Assembly (NCBI GenBank): GCA_964019425.1 | Contig: OZ025783.1 | Span: 372,001 to 436,000, forward strand | Direction: 5' to 3' | Length of the DNA: 64,000 bases | From: Flectonema sp. DT1601 | Lineage: Eukaryota | The notes under the pieces: model-generated | What the model was told of the DNA's origin: nothing | The model's database searches: none | What the model saw: the letters and a program-made list of their open reading frames with translations, nothing else | Made by a program: the position numbers and the translations under genes | In this document: positions 46,457 to 58,261 of the stretch, one piece after another | Position numbering within the stretch: the stretch's first letter is position 1 | Layout of the letters: each line of letters opens with the position of its first letter

Positions 46457-48814
46457 TTAAGTCGGTAATGCAGTATTCTCTACGATGGTGGAAGGTGACT
46501 TGTCTAATTTGATTAATTCTTCTATCCAAATGTCGAGTCTTCGCCTAATTATGAAGTGGGTTTCGTTTGAACTTCCCTCAGAAAAGGTACTACTTTCAGT
46601 ATTATCTAAAGCCGAACGTGCCTGAGAGAATCTCTCTGATCTAATGAGACGGAATGCTTCGTTGTTGGCAGCAGTTGCATCTACTGCGCCTGCGCCAGAA
46701 TCAGCTGCGTACATCCATTCAGCATTTGGGATGTTTGCTTTTGAGGCAAGACCATAAAGGATTGAAGGCTTACGGTCATCAATAAATGTAAAATCTATCG
46801 GAGTGATATCAATGTATTGAACAACACAAGTCATTGATCTGATACAGGCCTCTCCGACAGAACTATCAATTAAGATTCCAACAGGGTTCGGAATATCATA
46901 TTTAGCAACTAATGGTATACTGAGCTTTGATAATTGTTGTGCTATGTGAACACAGTGCCCCAGTATTGTGAATTTCTTTGTAACATTACCGAAGATTCCA
47001 CACTGGACTTTACCTTGAGCAATTCCAATACTTGGTCTTGACGACTGAAGACAAGGATGCTTACCAGCCAACGCTGCTACTGCATCTCTTACAGCAAGCG
47101 CTGCTACAGCTGACCTCTGAGTAAGACGACCGTAAATATTAATAGAAGCGTTCCATGTTGTCAGTACTGACCCTCCATCTGTAAGCTCACAAACACCTTG
47201 TGTATCTTTGCACGTATCAATAATCGTTTCATAAAAATCACCAAAATAACTCTGAATAGTAGTAGTTGATGCTCCATTGATAAGTGATATAAAAGGAGGG
47301 TTGGTAGACATTGCTCCAACAACTCGCTTCTTAACAACACCTGGATCGATATTGTGGAAGTCATTGTCTGAAGATTCAGATGGTGCGAATGTACTTGTTT
47401 TCCTAACTGTAATAAACTGAGAATTGGTACTGTAGTTGTCAACTGATGTACAGACTGATCCCGCATCACCTGGAGAGTCTGGAACATTATTCTCCAACTC
47501 TAACTGTCCAAGAAGAGATTGTGGTAAGAACTTACTGTATTCATCTAACTTTTCGATTACTACACGGAATCCTACTTGAATGTCTGCAATCTCCTTCACA
47601 AGTGAGTTCCCTTCAATGCATTCAAGGGCTAAAGCAAATTCCAAATTCCCAACAAAGTTAAGAGCCTTTGTGAGTTTTGAAAGAGGAGTAGCAACAGTAA
47701 CGATCAACATTACAGTAAATACCATGGCGACAACACCAATCACAATGTTGATTATTAAAGTGAATCGAGTGCTCGCATCAATGTCTCCAAATACGAGGTC
47801 TTTCTTCATTCCATAAATAAGTTCAAAATCCCACTCATGAAAAGTCATATCAGTGACCTGTACCAAATACCCTCCAACATTAAGTGTTTCACCGTATGGA
47901 GTGTTGAGGCTTGCTTGGTATATTTTCTTAGTGTCGGCATCTTCTAAGTCATCAGGGTTGCTACTTCCGAATGGCATACCATGTGAGGCTACTAAGACAA
48001 CATTCAACCTGCGGTTTACAATAAGTATTCTCTCCTGTTTTCCATACTGGAGAATGTCACGTACTGTCTCACTAAAGATGTGAGTTGTAATAATCCCATA
48101 TGAGGTTGCTAGCAGGTAACCAGATGCATTCCTCAAAGCAGCATGACACTGCAGTGTCAATGCACCTTGAGTCGTATCCGCCATGAGTCCAGCATCAAGA
48201 GGCATGCAGGCTATGTCTTTGTCTTTGTTTTGTTCACCGTCAAATTCATTTTCAGCCCAGCATTGATCTATCCAAATATCACAAGTTGCATTGACAGGAT
48301 TTTCCTTGCCAGGATGTGGGAATAAAGTAGCAGTCGTTATATCTACACCAGAAGGCACCATCACCCCATTGCTGTAGTTCCACTGCTGTAATGGAGTTTT
48401 TTCATATAAACCAGTAGAATCAGTTGTTGAATGCAATCGAACAAATGATAAAATATCCATCTCATGAGGACCGTTCCTCACATGAATTCCAACATAAGTT
48501 AAATCTGGCATTCCTAACATTAGTGATGTCCATGATGCCCTGAATGGATCAAAATCATGATTATTTAAATATGGGTAATTCCTGAAATCTGACATCATCG
48601 GGTAGTTCATCAGGTATGCAGCAGTTCTTGCGATGGACATTTGATTGCTGACTCTGGCAGTTACTCTACTTGATCTATCTTTAATTAAAGAATTCGATAA
48701 AGTTCCCAAAGACTTGTCCGTTGTAATCATCGATAACGTAATCGTGATGGCACTCGCAGCTGCGATAATCAGAGTTATCGAAATTTCGAAAAAACGAAGT
48801 GGAATTCGAAGCAT
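46457..48814 (-). CDS. Receptor-type class III adenylate/guanylate cyclase-like protein (2 TM, HAMP-like), catalytically degenerate
   Basis: TM-extracellular-TM-HAMP-like (PLSKL...VKEIADIQ...YSKFLPQSLL), then cyclase-like SIGIAQGKVQCGIFG and FTILGHCVHIAQQL, plus EWMY. Start taken at MLRIPL. Confidence 0.75.
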   Translation of the reverse strand: MLRIPLRFFEISITLIIAAASAITITLSMITTDKSLGTLSNSLIKDRSSRVTARVSNQMSIARTAAYLMNYPMMSDFRNYPYLNNHDFDPFRASWTSLMLGMPDLTYVGIHVRNGPHEMDILSFVRLHSTTDSTGLYEKTPLQQWNYSNGVMVPSGVDITTATLFPHPGKENPVNATCDIWIDQCWAENEFDGEQNKDKDIACMPLDAGLMADTTQGALTLQCHAALRNASGYLLATSYGIITTHIFSETVRDILQYGKQERILIVNRRLNVVLVASHGMPFGSSNPDDLEDADTKKIYQASLNTPYGETLNVGGYLVQVTDMTFHEWDFELIYGMKKDLVFGDIDASTRFTLIINIVIGVVAMVFTVMLIVTVATPLSKLTKALNFVGNLEFALALECIEGNSLVKEIADIQVGFRVVIEKLDEYSKFLPQSLLGQLELENNVPDSPGDAGSVCTSVDNYSTNSQFITVRKTSTFAPSESSDNDFHNIDPGVVKKRVVGAMSTNPPFISLINGASTTTIQSYFGDFYETIIDTCKDTQGVCELTDGGSVLTTWNASINIYGRLTQRSAVAALAVRDAVAALAGKHPCLQSSRPSIGIAQGKVQCGIFGNVTKKFTILGHCVHIAQQLSKLSIPLVAKYDIPNPVGILIDSSVGEACIRSMTCVVQYIDITPIDFTFIDDRKPSILYGLASKANIPNAEWMYAADSGAGAVDATAANNEAFRLIRSERFSQARSALDNTESSTFSEGSSNETHFIIRRRLDIWIEELIKLDKSPSTIVENTALPT

Positions 48815-49284
48815 TTTTTTGTTTTTTTTTATTAGAAACAATAAAAAGAGGGGGTGGAAATAAAAGCAATATTTAACAACAGGGTTTGCTTCTGTTTGGG
48901 GAAAAAAAAAAGTTTTAACAAAAAAGAAAATTCAGCATCCAAAGTTGTTGTTTTTTTTTTGTTGCAGATACTTTAGAATAGCTCAGACATATGCACGTGC
49001 AGCTGAAAAAAAAAGAAAAAGAAATAAGAAAAAGAAAAATTGCTATTATGACTTGCCATGAAACGCCTATTATTTAATTTTTTTTTTTTTTTTTGACAGA
49101 CGCAGGATTCCGTAGCCTCACTTTGTAACAGCTGCAATAAATGTTAAGTTCTTTTTTTTTTTTTTTTTTTTTTTTTCCTCATATTTTTTTTCTAACAAGG
49201 AAAAAAATACGTACCGATAATAACTGAGCGCTGAAAGGCTCAAGTAAGAATAGTAAGCCAACTTCATAACGATTGACTTCAGTA

Positions 49285-49644
49285 CTATTTTTTTCGATAC
49301 ATAACACCTTCTGACGTGTCGTCTCTGAGAACCGGAGCTACAATCATTTGACGTTTTCTCAGGTAGGAATTTAAACCTCTACGACCCCTTCTAATTGTGT
49401 ATAATTTTATCTCCTGTTCATGTTTCATTTGCATCATATCTCTGTGAACAGTTTCAGAACGTGGACCGAATTGTTTTTGATCTGTGTTGTTGTGTTTTTT
49501 TTTTTGTTTGTTTTGTTTTATAAAAAAATATATATACTCAACAAAAGAGTTTGGCTTAATACCTAACCACCAGATATACGCCTCTCTAAGATTTTGCATT
49601 CTCTCTTCTTCGATTATTTCTTCTTCTCTGATGTCGATTGCTGT

Positions 49645-49678
<34 letters not shown>

Positions 49679-50213
49679 CGATGATGCTAACACGAAGTAA
49701 AAAAATCAACTACATACGGGATCCATCATCATTAACATTCCCAGACACGGCTAAGGCATCTTCACCTTCTTGAAGACCACTGTGAATAGTTTTAACCATA
49801 TCATGAGGTACTTCGTAAAGCTCCAAACCATCAACAGGAGGAGGCGAGTAGCTAGCCACTGGAGGTGTCATTGTTGGTTCTCTAAATAAAATCGGCCAAG
49901 TTGTTGTTGTTGGTCTGCTAGCAGCAGCCTGTAGCACTTCAGGTAATGATTTTAAAGCTCTGTATTGTGATCTTTCAAAAGAGTCTTCCACTTCATTTGC
50001 TGCACTCATCGTGTCTTCTTGTATACGATCATACATTCTTGAACAGTCTTTTAAAAACTCTTCTCTTTTCAATGGCATCTTCTTTGGGTACCAATTATAT
50101 CCATCCGCGTAACCTTCAAGTAGGGCAAAAATTTTGTCTTCGTCACTTGACTTGATGTCTGTCTTTGCCACTTCTTTCTTCTTAGCGGCAAGTCTGACCA
50201 ACGAACGACGCAT
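49285..50213 (-). CDS. Mitochondrion-targeted protein, mL40 (MRP-L28)-like; exons 50213-49718, 49640-49563, 49481-49285 (~256 aa)
   Basis: MRRSLVRLA presequence; ALKSLPEVLQAAA...WPILFREPTMTPPV resembles mL40. Two phase-1 GT-AG introns keep frame. Confidence 0.6.
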
Positions 50214-50603
50214 ATTATATCTGCTGTGGATTGAAAGAAAAAATTATGATAAAAATATTAACTTGTGTAGCCCCATTTCGTTATGTCGTAGATGATTGTT
50301 GCAGTCACGACTTCAGAAAGGATTTTAAATTTGACTACCTGCTCGGTTTACAAACCAAGAGTAGAACAGTATTGAAGAATTATATACTTCAGTTTAAGAA
50401 AATAGAAAGTCAGTGAATGACATCGTGTCGGAATAACACGGATTTGATACAAACAGGGGGAAAAAGAATATGTAGAAACAATCATTCGTGTTAGTAATCA
50501 CGGGTAGTTTAATAAATGCAACCAGCAGTGAGACTCTATTTGTCAGACTGCAGAACGGTACAAAAAAGAAAAGGAAATAGAAGCATGAAAAGAGGCTATC
50601 TTC

Positions 50604-52085
50604 TCACCTCTTATTTGCAAAGGCAGTAAACGGATTTACCTTTCCAACAGTAGTTGTGACTTCGGGTATTGATCGCAAAGGGCTTTCTATGTCAGCTTCT
50701 GAGTCTTGTTCTGAAAGTATTGTTCCGATATTTACACTAGAAGCGGAGTCATCGTCAGAACAACAATCAGAATATAACTTAAGCCTAGCGAGGATTGTCT
50801 TTTCATCTGTAGGAGTGTCATCGTAGAGAGTTCTTTTGCTTTTAAACTGAACAAAAAACCGACTTCGAACGATACGTTTGGGTAACTCATCAGTGACGAG
50901 TTTGTCAGTTTTTTTATTCTCAACTTCCAATCGATTCGTGTTTGTAATTTTAGAACGTTTAGTCGATTTCACATTTACAAATGACCAGAGAGATAGTTGT
51001 CTTTTTTGACTTACCTTTTTAATTTTTAATGTCTCTGCTGAAATAACTGATAAATTATTTTTAAACTGTCCTGTATAATTCATCATCGTAGTTGGATCGA
51101 TCGTCATATTTAAAACACCCGAAACTACGTCAGATTTCCAAACAGGACCGATTGTTTCATCAACGTTAGTTTGGTTTAAGAAATCAGTCGAAGGTTGTAG
51201 AACATATCCGAGACACTTTTCATCATATTTCAAAATTCTTTGATACCTAAAAGCATTTTCAGATTGTAATATTTTTTCAAAATAATTCGACAATTCCATG
51301 TCTGACATTGAATTCTTCGTATGAATTGCCATCGCAGATATCAACTCATTCTGATTTAGAGTACACCAAGAAAGAGCTTTTTTAACACCAACCCCCTTGA
51401 TTGAAGGCAAGTAGTCACATCCGCTCAAAACACACATTCTCAAAAACTGATCAGCTGTAAGAGGGGGTTCCTTAATTTTTAATACGTCTTGATGTTGGAA
51501 CAAATCACCCATCCCACTCTGAGAATCTAATTTATAAAAGACTCGAGGAGCTCTGAATGGTAACAAGTCACTGTCTTCAGTTATGACGACGTGGATGTAA
51601 TTGTTAATAGCGAGATATGCAAGTTGGGAATCTGCTTCATACGGTGCGACTTGCACTTCTATTTTATTATTCTGAAGAATCTGAATGACAGAATATGCAA
51701 TTTCACCAGTGATATCCAGAGACCTTTGGTACTGCTCAATCGCTTTCAATCTCTCTCCCGATGATAAATATTTCTTTGCTTTTTCGTGTGCTTCTGTTCT
51801 TCGTTCATTTCTTCCACTATTTGTATTTCCCTTCAACGGAATGTCCGCACCATCGAATACTACAACAGGTATAATCCCAGCTGAGACTAGCAATTGAATT
51901 CTGTTCATAAAAGATTTCAAATACATCGCAGTTGGAATCCCGACACTTAATTCATATGCACAACTAAAACATGCTTTATGAAGCCATGAGTATCCATCTA
52001 TTCCAACACGAAAACCTTTAAATTCATTTATATTGCATCTCCGTGACTTCGATTTGATTGCTTGCAATAGACCTGGAATACCCAT
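50604..52085 (-). CDS. EXO1: Exonuclease 1 (XPG/RAD2 family)
   Basis: MGIPGLL, GIDGYSWLHK, VVFDG, VAPYEADSQLAYL, ITEDSDLL and LSGCDYLPSIKGVGVKKA. Confidence 0.95.
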   Translation of the reverse strand: MGIPGLLQAIKSKSRRCNINEFKGFRVGIDGYSWLHKACFSCAYELSVGIPTAMYLKSFMNRIQLLVSAGIIPVVVFDGADIPLKGNTNSGRNERRTEAHEKAKKYLSSGERLKAIEQYQRSLDITGEIAYSVIQILQNNKIEVQVAPYEADSQLAYLAINNYIHVVITEDSDLLPFRAPRVFYKLDSQSGMGDLFQHQDVLKIKEPPLTADQFLRMCVLSGCDYLPSIKGVGVKKALSWCTLNQNELISAMAIHTKNSMSDMELSNYFEKILQSENAFRYQRILKYDEKCLGYVLQPSTDFLNQTNVDETIGPVWKSDVVSGVLNMTIDPTTMMNYTGQFKNNLSVISAETLKIKKVSQKRQLSLWSFVNVKSTKRSKITNTNRLEVENKKTDKLVTDELPKRIVRSRFFVQFKSKRTLYDDTPTDEKTILARLKLYSDCCSDDDSASSVNIGTILSEQDSEADIESPLRSIPEVTTTVGKVNPFTAFANKR

Positions 52086-52197
52086 TCTGTGAAGGGGGGG
52101 TGAAACTTTGACAATGTAAAAACAGTAATAACTTTAGATATTAAAAACAAAATTAAAATATCGAATAGATGTTTCAAAGAAAATTACATTCTGTGAA

Positions 52198-52307
52198 GGG
52201 GTAATTTGATACTAATATTAAATGGAAAGCAACTTGAAACTGGTTAAAAACGAGAATAGGGTTCGGCCAAACAAGAAAATCAATAATTGGTATCGTTAAA
52301 AAATCCC
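52198..52307 (+). mobile_element. G-headed hairpin element, copy 2 (internal deletion)
   Basis: Matches 42518-42635. Confidence 0.75.
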
Positions 52308-52887
52308 TTGAATACCCAGGAAGAGATTGTAGTTTAACAATGTAGAAAAACAATAATAAGCCTTATAATACTAAAATAGATAATAAGGTTGATCAGCTAA
52401 AAAGTAACGATAACAATATAACAATCAGAACATAATTAAAATAATGAATCTGTGAGAGGGTTGAATGTTTTGATTTTAAAAAACGCAAGTTGAGCATTAA
52501 CCTGTTAGAAGGAAAGATGGCTTATAAAGAAGTGACTACTGACTGCAAGCTTGAGGGACACCATGCATCAAACTTCTTGTTCTATTACTTTTTTTTTTTT
52601 TGCTTTTCTTATAAATAATTTTTAAAAAAAAAATTTAAAAAACGGATTTCCCACCCCTACGTTTTCTTTTTTTTTTTTTTTATATTGTACCTATGTAGTT
52701 CTTATTCAGATTGAAAGTCATTTATTTTCCTCCAGTGAGACAGGATTCTCCATTCAACGAAATATATTTACGTATGTTCCTTTTTACTAGGCCAGCAGCT
52801 AATACGAAATACCACACCAGAATAAACAGATAAATATACACTAGAAGCTGTGTTGGTAATAACTGAATATTAAGTCTTGGAGTGGGT

Positions 52888-53008
52888 GGGTAACTTGATA
52901 CTAAAATTAAATGAAAAGCAACTTGAAACTGGCTAAAACGAGAATAGGGTTCGGCCAAACCTGGTTGCAATATAAGAAAATCAACAATTGGTATCGATAA
53001 AAAATCCC
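52888..53008 (+). mobile_element. G-headed hairpin element, copy 3
   Basis: Matches 42518-42635; GGG...CCC termini. Confidence 0.75.
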
Positions 53009-53802
53009 ATATGTGTTCGAATATGGGATTCAGGGGCCACATACTACAGGTTGAGCGCCCCCATGCCCTGTAGACCGTTACAGCTTGGGGGGTTAACTGT
53101 TTGATTTTGTATGTAAAATACAAATGTTTTGTATCATAAACAACATAACGAGCTTGGGGGGTGAAACTTTAACAATGTAAAAACCCTAGGTACTGGGGGA
53201 AATCTTTTCTCATTTTCTTTATGCTGTCATTGTTAAGAAATTCTGTACTGAAAGGTTCCTTTTTTTTTTTTTTTTTTCTTTTTTTTTTCCCTCTCATGCA
53301 CGTATTTTTATTTTTATGATATGAAATTTTCCAGACTTCACCACATTACAAAATAAAATATATAATATAACAGATTCGTTGTTGTGACAGAACTGTCACC
53401 TACTATACCACAATGAACGCGTTCACCATTAAAAATCATGCTGAACGTTGACATTCCGTGGTACGTAATTCAGAATCATCCAAAGAGTTCCTGAGGGAAA
53501 GTAATGTTTGTGTAAAATAGAAATAAAGAACCCCAAATAAACACATTGCTAAAGAATGCTCAAACATTGTGTATCAGCGCTTTTCACTTCTGCCGAAACG
53601 ATTTTTTTCGGGAAAACACGGAGCTTAAAATGATGAATGGCGTGACAGAGGCAGGATTAAATCCACATTCACTAAAACAACATCATCTCAATAAAAGAAA
53701 GGAAAAGATGAGAAAAACTAAATATTCAAAAGTCATATTGGTTTGTGTGACTTTTTCAAAGGAACTCCTCTGATTACGTCCCAATACGGTGATAACGAGA
53801 GT

Positions 53803-54336
53803 CTACTTACTCTTAACGGCTTCAGCTTGCTTCCAAGCGTGGATCTGCTTGCAAACACTGTTGTTGACCTTCTCCTGAAGTTCCTTTTGGAATCCCATCT
53901 TAAACAGAACCTCAACCCAAACAAAAAAAGGTGCCAACAACAACGACTGTCCGAATGATGTCAACAAAGCAGGGGCTTTCTTCTCAAAGATACCATGACC
54001 TACGAATTGAAGAATCCAACTAACAACGTGAATCGCAATGGCGATAGTGTAAGGGTTCTCTACCTCCTTTAGAAAGATGGTACTGGTTTCTTGCATAATG
54101 TACAAAAAGAACAAGTACGGAGTAGCAATGACCGGATCCATAAGCATATAAAACACTCCGTATACAATAGCAGTCACTTGCGGTGCGTTCACTGGAAGTC
54201 CGGTTTCAACTTCGCCAACGAACACCATCGCTGACCATAAAATCAACGGCACACAAACAATATGAATCCACTGGTTGATAGCATCGTGATGGTAGGCTCC
54301 GTAAAACGCGAGCTGCTTCTCCTTGTCGATAAACAT
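53803..54336 (-). CDS. MPO1: MPO1/DUF962 2-hydroxy fatty acid dioxygenase-like membrane protein, copy 1
   Basis: FYGAYHHDAINQWIH.VCVP, WILQFVGHGIFEK.APAL and LLAPFFVWVE. Confidence 0.9.
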   Translation of the reverse strand: MFIDKEKQLAFYGAYHHDAINQWIHIVCVPLILWSAMVFVGEVETGLPVNAPQVTAIVYGVFYMLMDPVIATPYLFFLYIMQETSTIFLKEVENPYTIAIAIHVVSWILQFVGHGIFEKKAPALLTSFGQSLLLAPFFVWVEVLFKMGFQKELQEKVNNSVCKQIHAWKQAEAVKSK

Positions 54337-54858
54337 ATTAAAGTAGTTGTGGATGTGCTATGGAAGATGAGGATATTATATTAAATAAACCTTACTACAC
54401 TCAAAGATAAAGCAATAAAGTTAAACCTAAAGTATGACAACAAACTTACCTTTCACGTTGACATCCCGTGGTGCATATTCTACAGAATCAACCTAAAGAG
54501 TTCCTAAAGGAAAGTAATATTTGTGTATAACAGAAATGAAAACCCCTAAACAGATACGTTGTTGTTGTTAAAGAGAGCAAAGAACGTCGCGAAGTACGTT
54601 TCAAAGTAGGAATGCTCAAACAATGTTCCGGTGATTTTCACTTCTGCCGAAGCGATTTTTTCGGAAAAACACGGAGCTTAAAATGACAAGCAATAGAGGC
54701 AGGATTAAATCCACATTCACTAATATATCATCTCAATGGTGGAGAGAAAGAAAGGATAAAAAAACAACTTAAATTCAAAAGTCGTATATTGTATTAGTTT
54801 GTGTGACTTTTTCAAAGGAACTCCTCTGATTACGTCCCAATACGGTGATAACGAGAGT

Positions 54859-55392
54859 CTACTTACTCTTAACGGCTTCAGCTTGCTTCCAAGCGTGGAT
54901 CTGCTTGCAAACACTGTTGTTGATCTTCTCCTGAAGTTCCTTTTGGAATCCCAACATAAACAGAACCTCAACCCAAACAAAAAAAGGTGCCATCAACATC
55001 GTCTGTCCGAATGATGTCAACAAAGCAGGGGCTCTCTTCTCAAAGATACCATGACCTACGAATTGAAGAATCCAACTAACAACGTGAATCGCAATGGCGA
55101 TAGTGTAAGGGTTCTCTACCTCCTTTAGAAAGATGGTACTGGTTTCTTGCATAATGTACAAAAAGAACAAGTACGGAGTAGCAATGACCGGATCCATAAG
55201 CATATAAAACACTCCGTATACAATAGCAGTCAGCTGTGGTACGTTCACTGGAAGTCCCGTCTCAATTTCGCCAACGAACACCATCGCTGACCATAAAATC
55301 AACGGCACACAAATAATATGAATCCACTGGTTGATAGCATCGTGATGGTAGGCTCCGTAAAACGCGAGCTGCTTCTCCTTGTCGATAAACAT
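54859..55392 (-). CDS. MPO1: MPO1/DUF962 protein, copy 2
   Basis: Same motifs; tandem duplicate. Confidence 0.9.
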   Translation of the reverse strand: MFIDKEKQLAFYGAYHHDAINQWIHIICVPLILWSAMVFVGEIETGLPVNVPQLTAIVYGVFYMLMDPVIATPYLFFLYIMQETSTIFLKEVENPYTIAIAIHVVSWILQFVGHGIFEKRAPALLTSFGQTMLMAPFFVWVEVLFMLGFQKELQEKINNSVCKQIHAWKQAEAVKSK

Positions 55393-55963
55393 ATTAAAGT
55401 AGTTGTGGGTGTGCTATGGAAGATGAGGATATTATATTAAATAAACCTTACTACACTCAAAGATAAAGCAATAAAGTTAAATCTAAAGTATGACAACAAA
55501 CTTACCTTTCATCAGAAAAGATAATGCAGGATACTAAAGGTCAGTATTGTGCGAACCAATAATGTGAAGAACACGAGCGAATGTTTTAAACTTATCGAAA
55601 TTACATAAATAGACCGCAGTGATGATATTTTAGTCATATAAATGCGTTCACCATATTTGAGATCCTAAAGGAAAGTAATACTTGTGTATAACAGAAATGA
55701 AGAACTCCAAATAAACACATTTTTGTTAAAGAATCAATTCTATCGATGCTTTTCACCGAAACGATTTTTTCGGAAAACACGGAACATGAAATGATAAAGT
55801 GACAGAGGCAGGATTAAATCCACATTCACTAAAACAACATCATCTCAATGGTGGAGAGAGAAAGGATGAGAAACAACTTAAAAAAATCAAAAATCATATT
55901 GGTTTGTGTGACTTTTTCAAAGGAAATCCTCTGATTACGTCCCAATACGGTGATAACGAGAGT

Positions 55964-56497
55964 CTACTTACTCTTAACGGCTTCAGCTTGCTTCCAAGCG
56001 TGGATCTGCTTGCAAACACTGTTGTTGACCTTCTCCTGAAGTTCCTTTTGGAATCCCATCTTAAACAGAACCTCAACCCAAACAAAAAAAGGTGCCAACA
56101 ACAACGACTGTCCGAATGATGTCAACAAAGCAGGGGCTTTCTTCTCAAAGATACCATGACCTACGAATTGAAGAATCCAACTAACAACGTGAATCGCAAT
56201 GGCGATAGTGTAAGGGTTCTCTACCTCCTTTAGAAAGATGGTACTGGTTTCTTGCATAATGTACAAAAAGAACAAGTACGGAGTAGCAATGACCGGATCC
56301 ATAAGCATATAAAACACTCCGTATACAATAGCAGTCACTTGCGGTGCGTTCACTGGAAGTCCGGTTTCAACTTCGCCAACGAACACCATCGCTGACCATA
56401 AAATCAACGGCACACAAACAATATGAATCCACTGGTTGATAGCATCGTGATGGTAGGCTCCGTAAAACGCGAGCTGCTTCTCCTTGTCGATAAACAT
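55964..56497 (-). CDS. MPO1: MPO1/DUF962 protein, copy 3
   Basis: Protein identical to copy 1. Confidence 0.9.
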   Translation of the reverse strand: MFIDKEKQLAFYGAYHHDAINQWIHIVCVPLILWSAMVFVGEVETGLPVNAPQVTAIVYGVFYMLMDPVIATPYLFFLYIMQETSTIFLKEVENPYTIAIAIHVVSWILQFVGHGIFEKKAPALLTSFGQSLLLAPFFVWVEVLFKMGFQKELQEKVNNSVCKQIHAWKQAEAVKSK

Positions 56498-57206
56498 ATT
56501 AAAGTAGTTGTGGGAGTTATGGATAGCAAGCTGTAGGAAAGTTGAAATAACTTATTTTTATAACACGTTACGTCTACACAAACAGATCTCCAATTTACAT
56601 CTCTGCGCCCCGAAAGTGAATTCCCTTCCTGGAAATATAAATATTTTAGTAATCTTTTTGTTTTTGTTTATTTTTCGTAATAATACAGGCAAAGCGATAC
56701 CTGCTGAAATCTGAAAAGAAAAGTGAAGCACTTTGGTTTAAGAAGTGCCGCAGTTTTCTTCTCCAGGGAGATGAAAATTTTAGTACTGAGAAGGGATTGA
56801 TACGCAGGTGATGACGCCACTCACCATCTAACTTGTTTCATGCCACGATGCTGTTACATTTGTCTTTTTTTTCCGTTAGAAAAATGGAGATTTCTGTGAC
56901 CCTTCTAACATCAACCTGGATTCCCCAAACAAAAAGAGAGGAAGAAAGTAACTTTTAACATTTTTTTTTTTAAAGGGCGTTTTTTTTTTTTTTTCTTCTT
57001 GTTTTTTTTTCAATCACTGTGCGCTATTAGACAGGTTGCCAGGTTGCCCCCCCCGACGGGATTAAATCCACTGTCGTATTTAGGTAGCTTCCAGCAACAC
57101 GTTTGTCCTAGTTACTCAGTAGAAAGAAGAAAAAGTAATAAATAAATAATAAAGAAATTATTGCAACCAAGACAATAATAAAACATTGCATTGCTGTGGT
57201 AAGTCA

Positions 57207-57740
57207 CTACTTGCTTTTAGTAGTCTCAGCTTGCTTCCATTCGTGTAGCTGCTTGCAAACAATGTTGTTGACCTTCTCGTGTAGATCTCTTTGGAATCCC
57301 AACTTAAACAGAACCTCAACCCAAACAAAAAAAGGCGCCATCAACAATGACTGTCCGAATGATGTCAACAAAGCAGGTGCCCGTTGTTCAAACACACCGT
57401 GACCTATGAATTGAAAGGTCCAACACACAACGTGAAGAGTAATAGCAAAGGTGTAAGGGTTCTCTACCTCCTTCAGAAAGATGGTACTGGTTTCTTGCAT
57501 AATGTACAAAAAGAACAAGTACGGAGTAGCAATGACCGGATCCATAAGCATATAAAACACTCCGTATACAATAGCAGTCAGCTGTGGTACGTTCACTGGA
57601 AGTCCCGTCTCAATTTCGCCAACGAACACCATCGCTGACCATAAAATCAACGGCACACAAATAATATGAATCCACTGGTTGATAGCATCGTGATGGTAGG
57701 CTCCGTAAAACGCGAGCTGCTTCTCCTTGTTGATGAACAT
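57207..57740 (-). CDS. MPO1: MPO1/DUF962 protein, copy 4
   Basis: Same motifs; most divergent C-terminal half. Confidence 0.9.
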   Translation of the reverse strand: MFINKEKQLAFYGAYHHDAINQWIHIICVPLILWSAMVFVGEIETGLPVNVPQLTAIVYGVFYMLMDPVIATPYLFFLYIMQETSTIFLKEVENPYTFAITLHVVCWTFQFIGHGVFEQRAPALLTSFGQSLLMAPFFVWVEVLFKLGFQRDLHEKVNNIVCKQLHEWKQAETTKSK

Positions 57741-58261
57741 ATTTAATAAGAATGAGGGGTTGGGGTAGGTGCGTAAAAAAGCTGAAGCGGAGAATGAATT
57801 AACCTAACACAACACAACAACACGCGAGGGGAGGAATCACAAGACACCTCCACCATAGATCGGCATCATTCGATGAGAATAATAATTCAATGTAGAACGT
57901 CTGCCGAAAGTGCTCAAAAAAAAAAGTCCTTCGACGCATACCCATAATGATATGATCATCCTTTGAGAGCCCAATTGGAAATTAATTTTGCGAAAAAACG
58001 AATGGGAAGAGAAACGAATCACAAAAAAGAAAATATAACAACCGGAAGAGTATGTTAATTAAGAAGATTTTCTCGTTCAAAAGAACCATTTCAAATTGGA
58101 ATGGTCTACACGTGACGCGATCGAATTCACAAACAAAAACGCTAAGCCGACAATAGATTAGACTTTATAAATAAAAAACATTCATATCGACTGTATCTTA
58201 GAAATAAGAAATAACAACGTGAAGAAAGAAAGAAATAATAATAATAATAATAATAACAACT

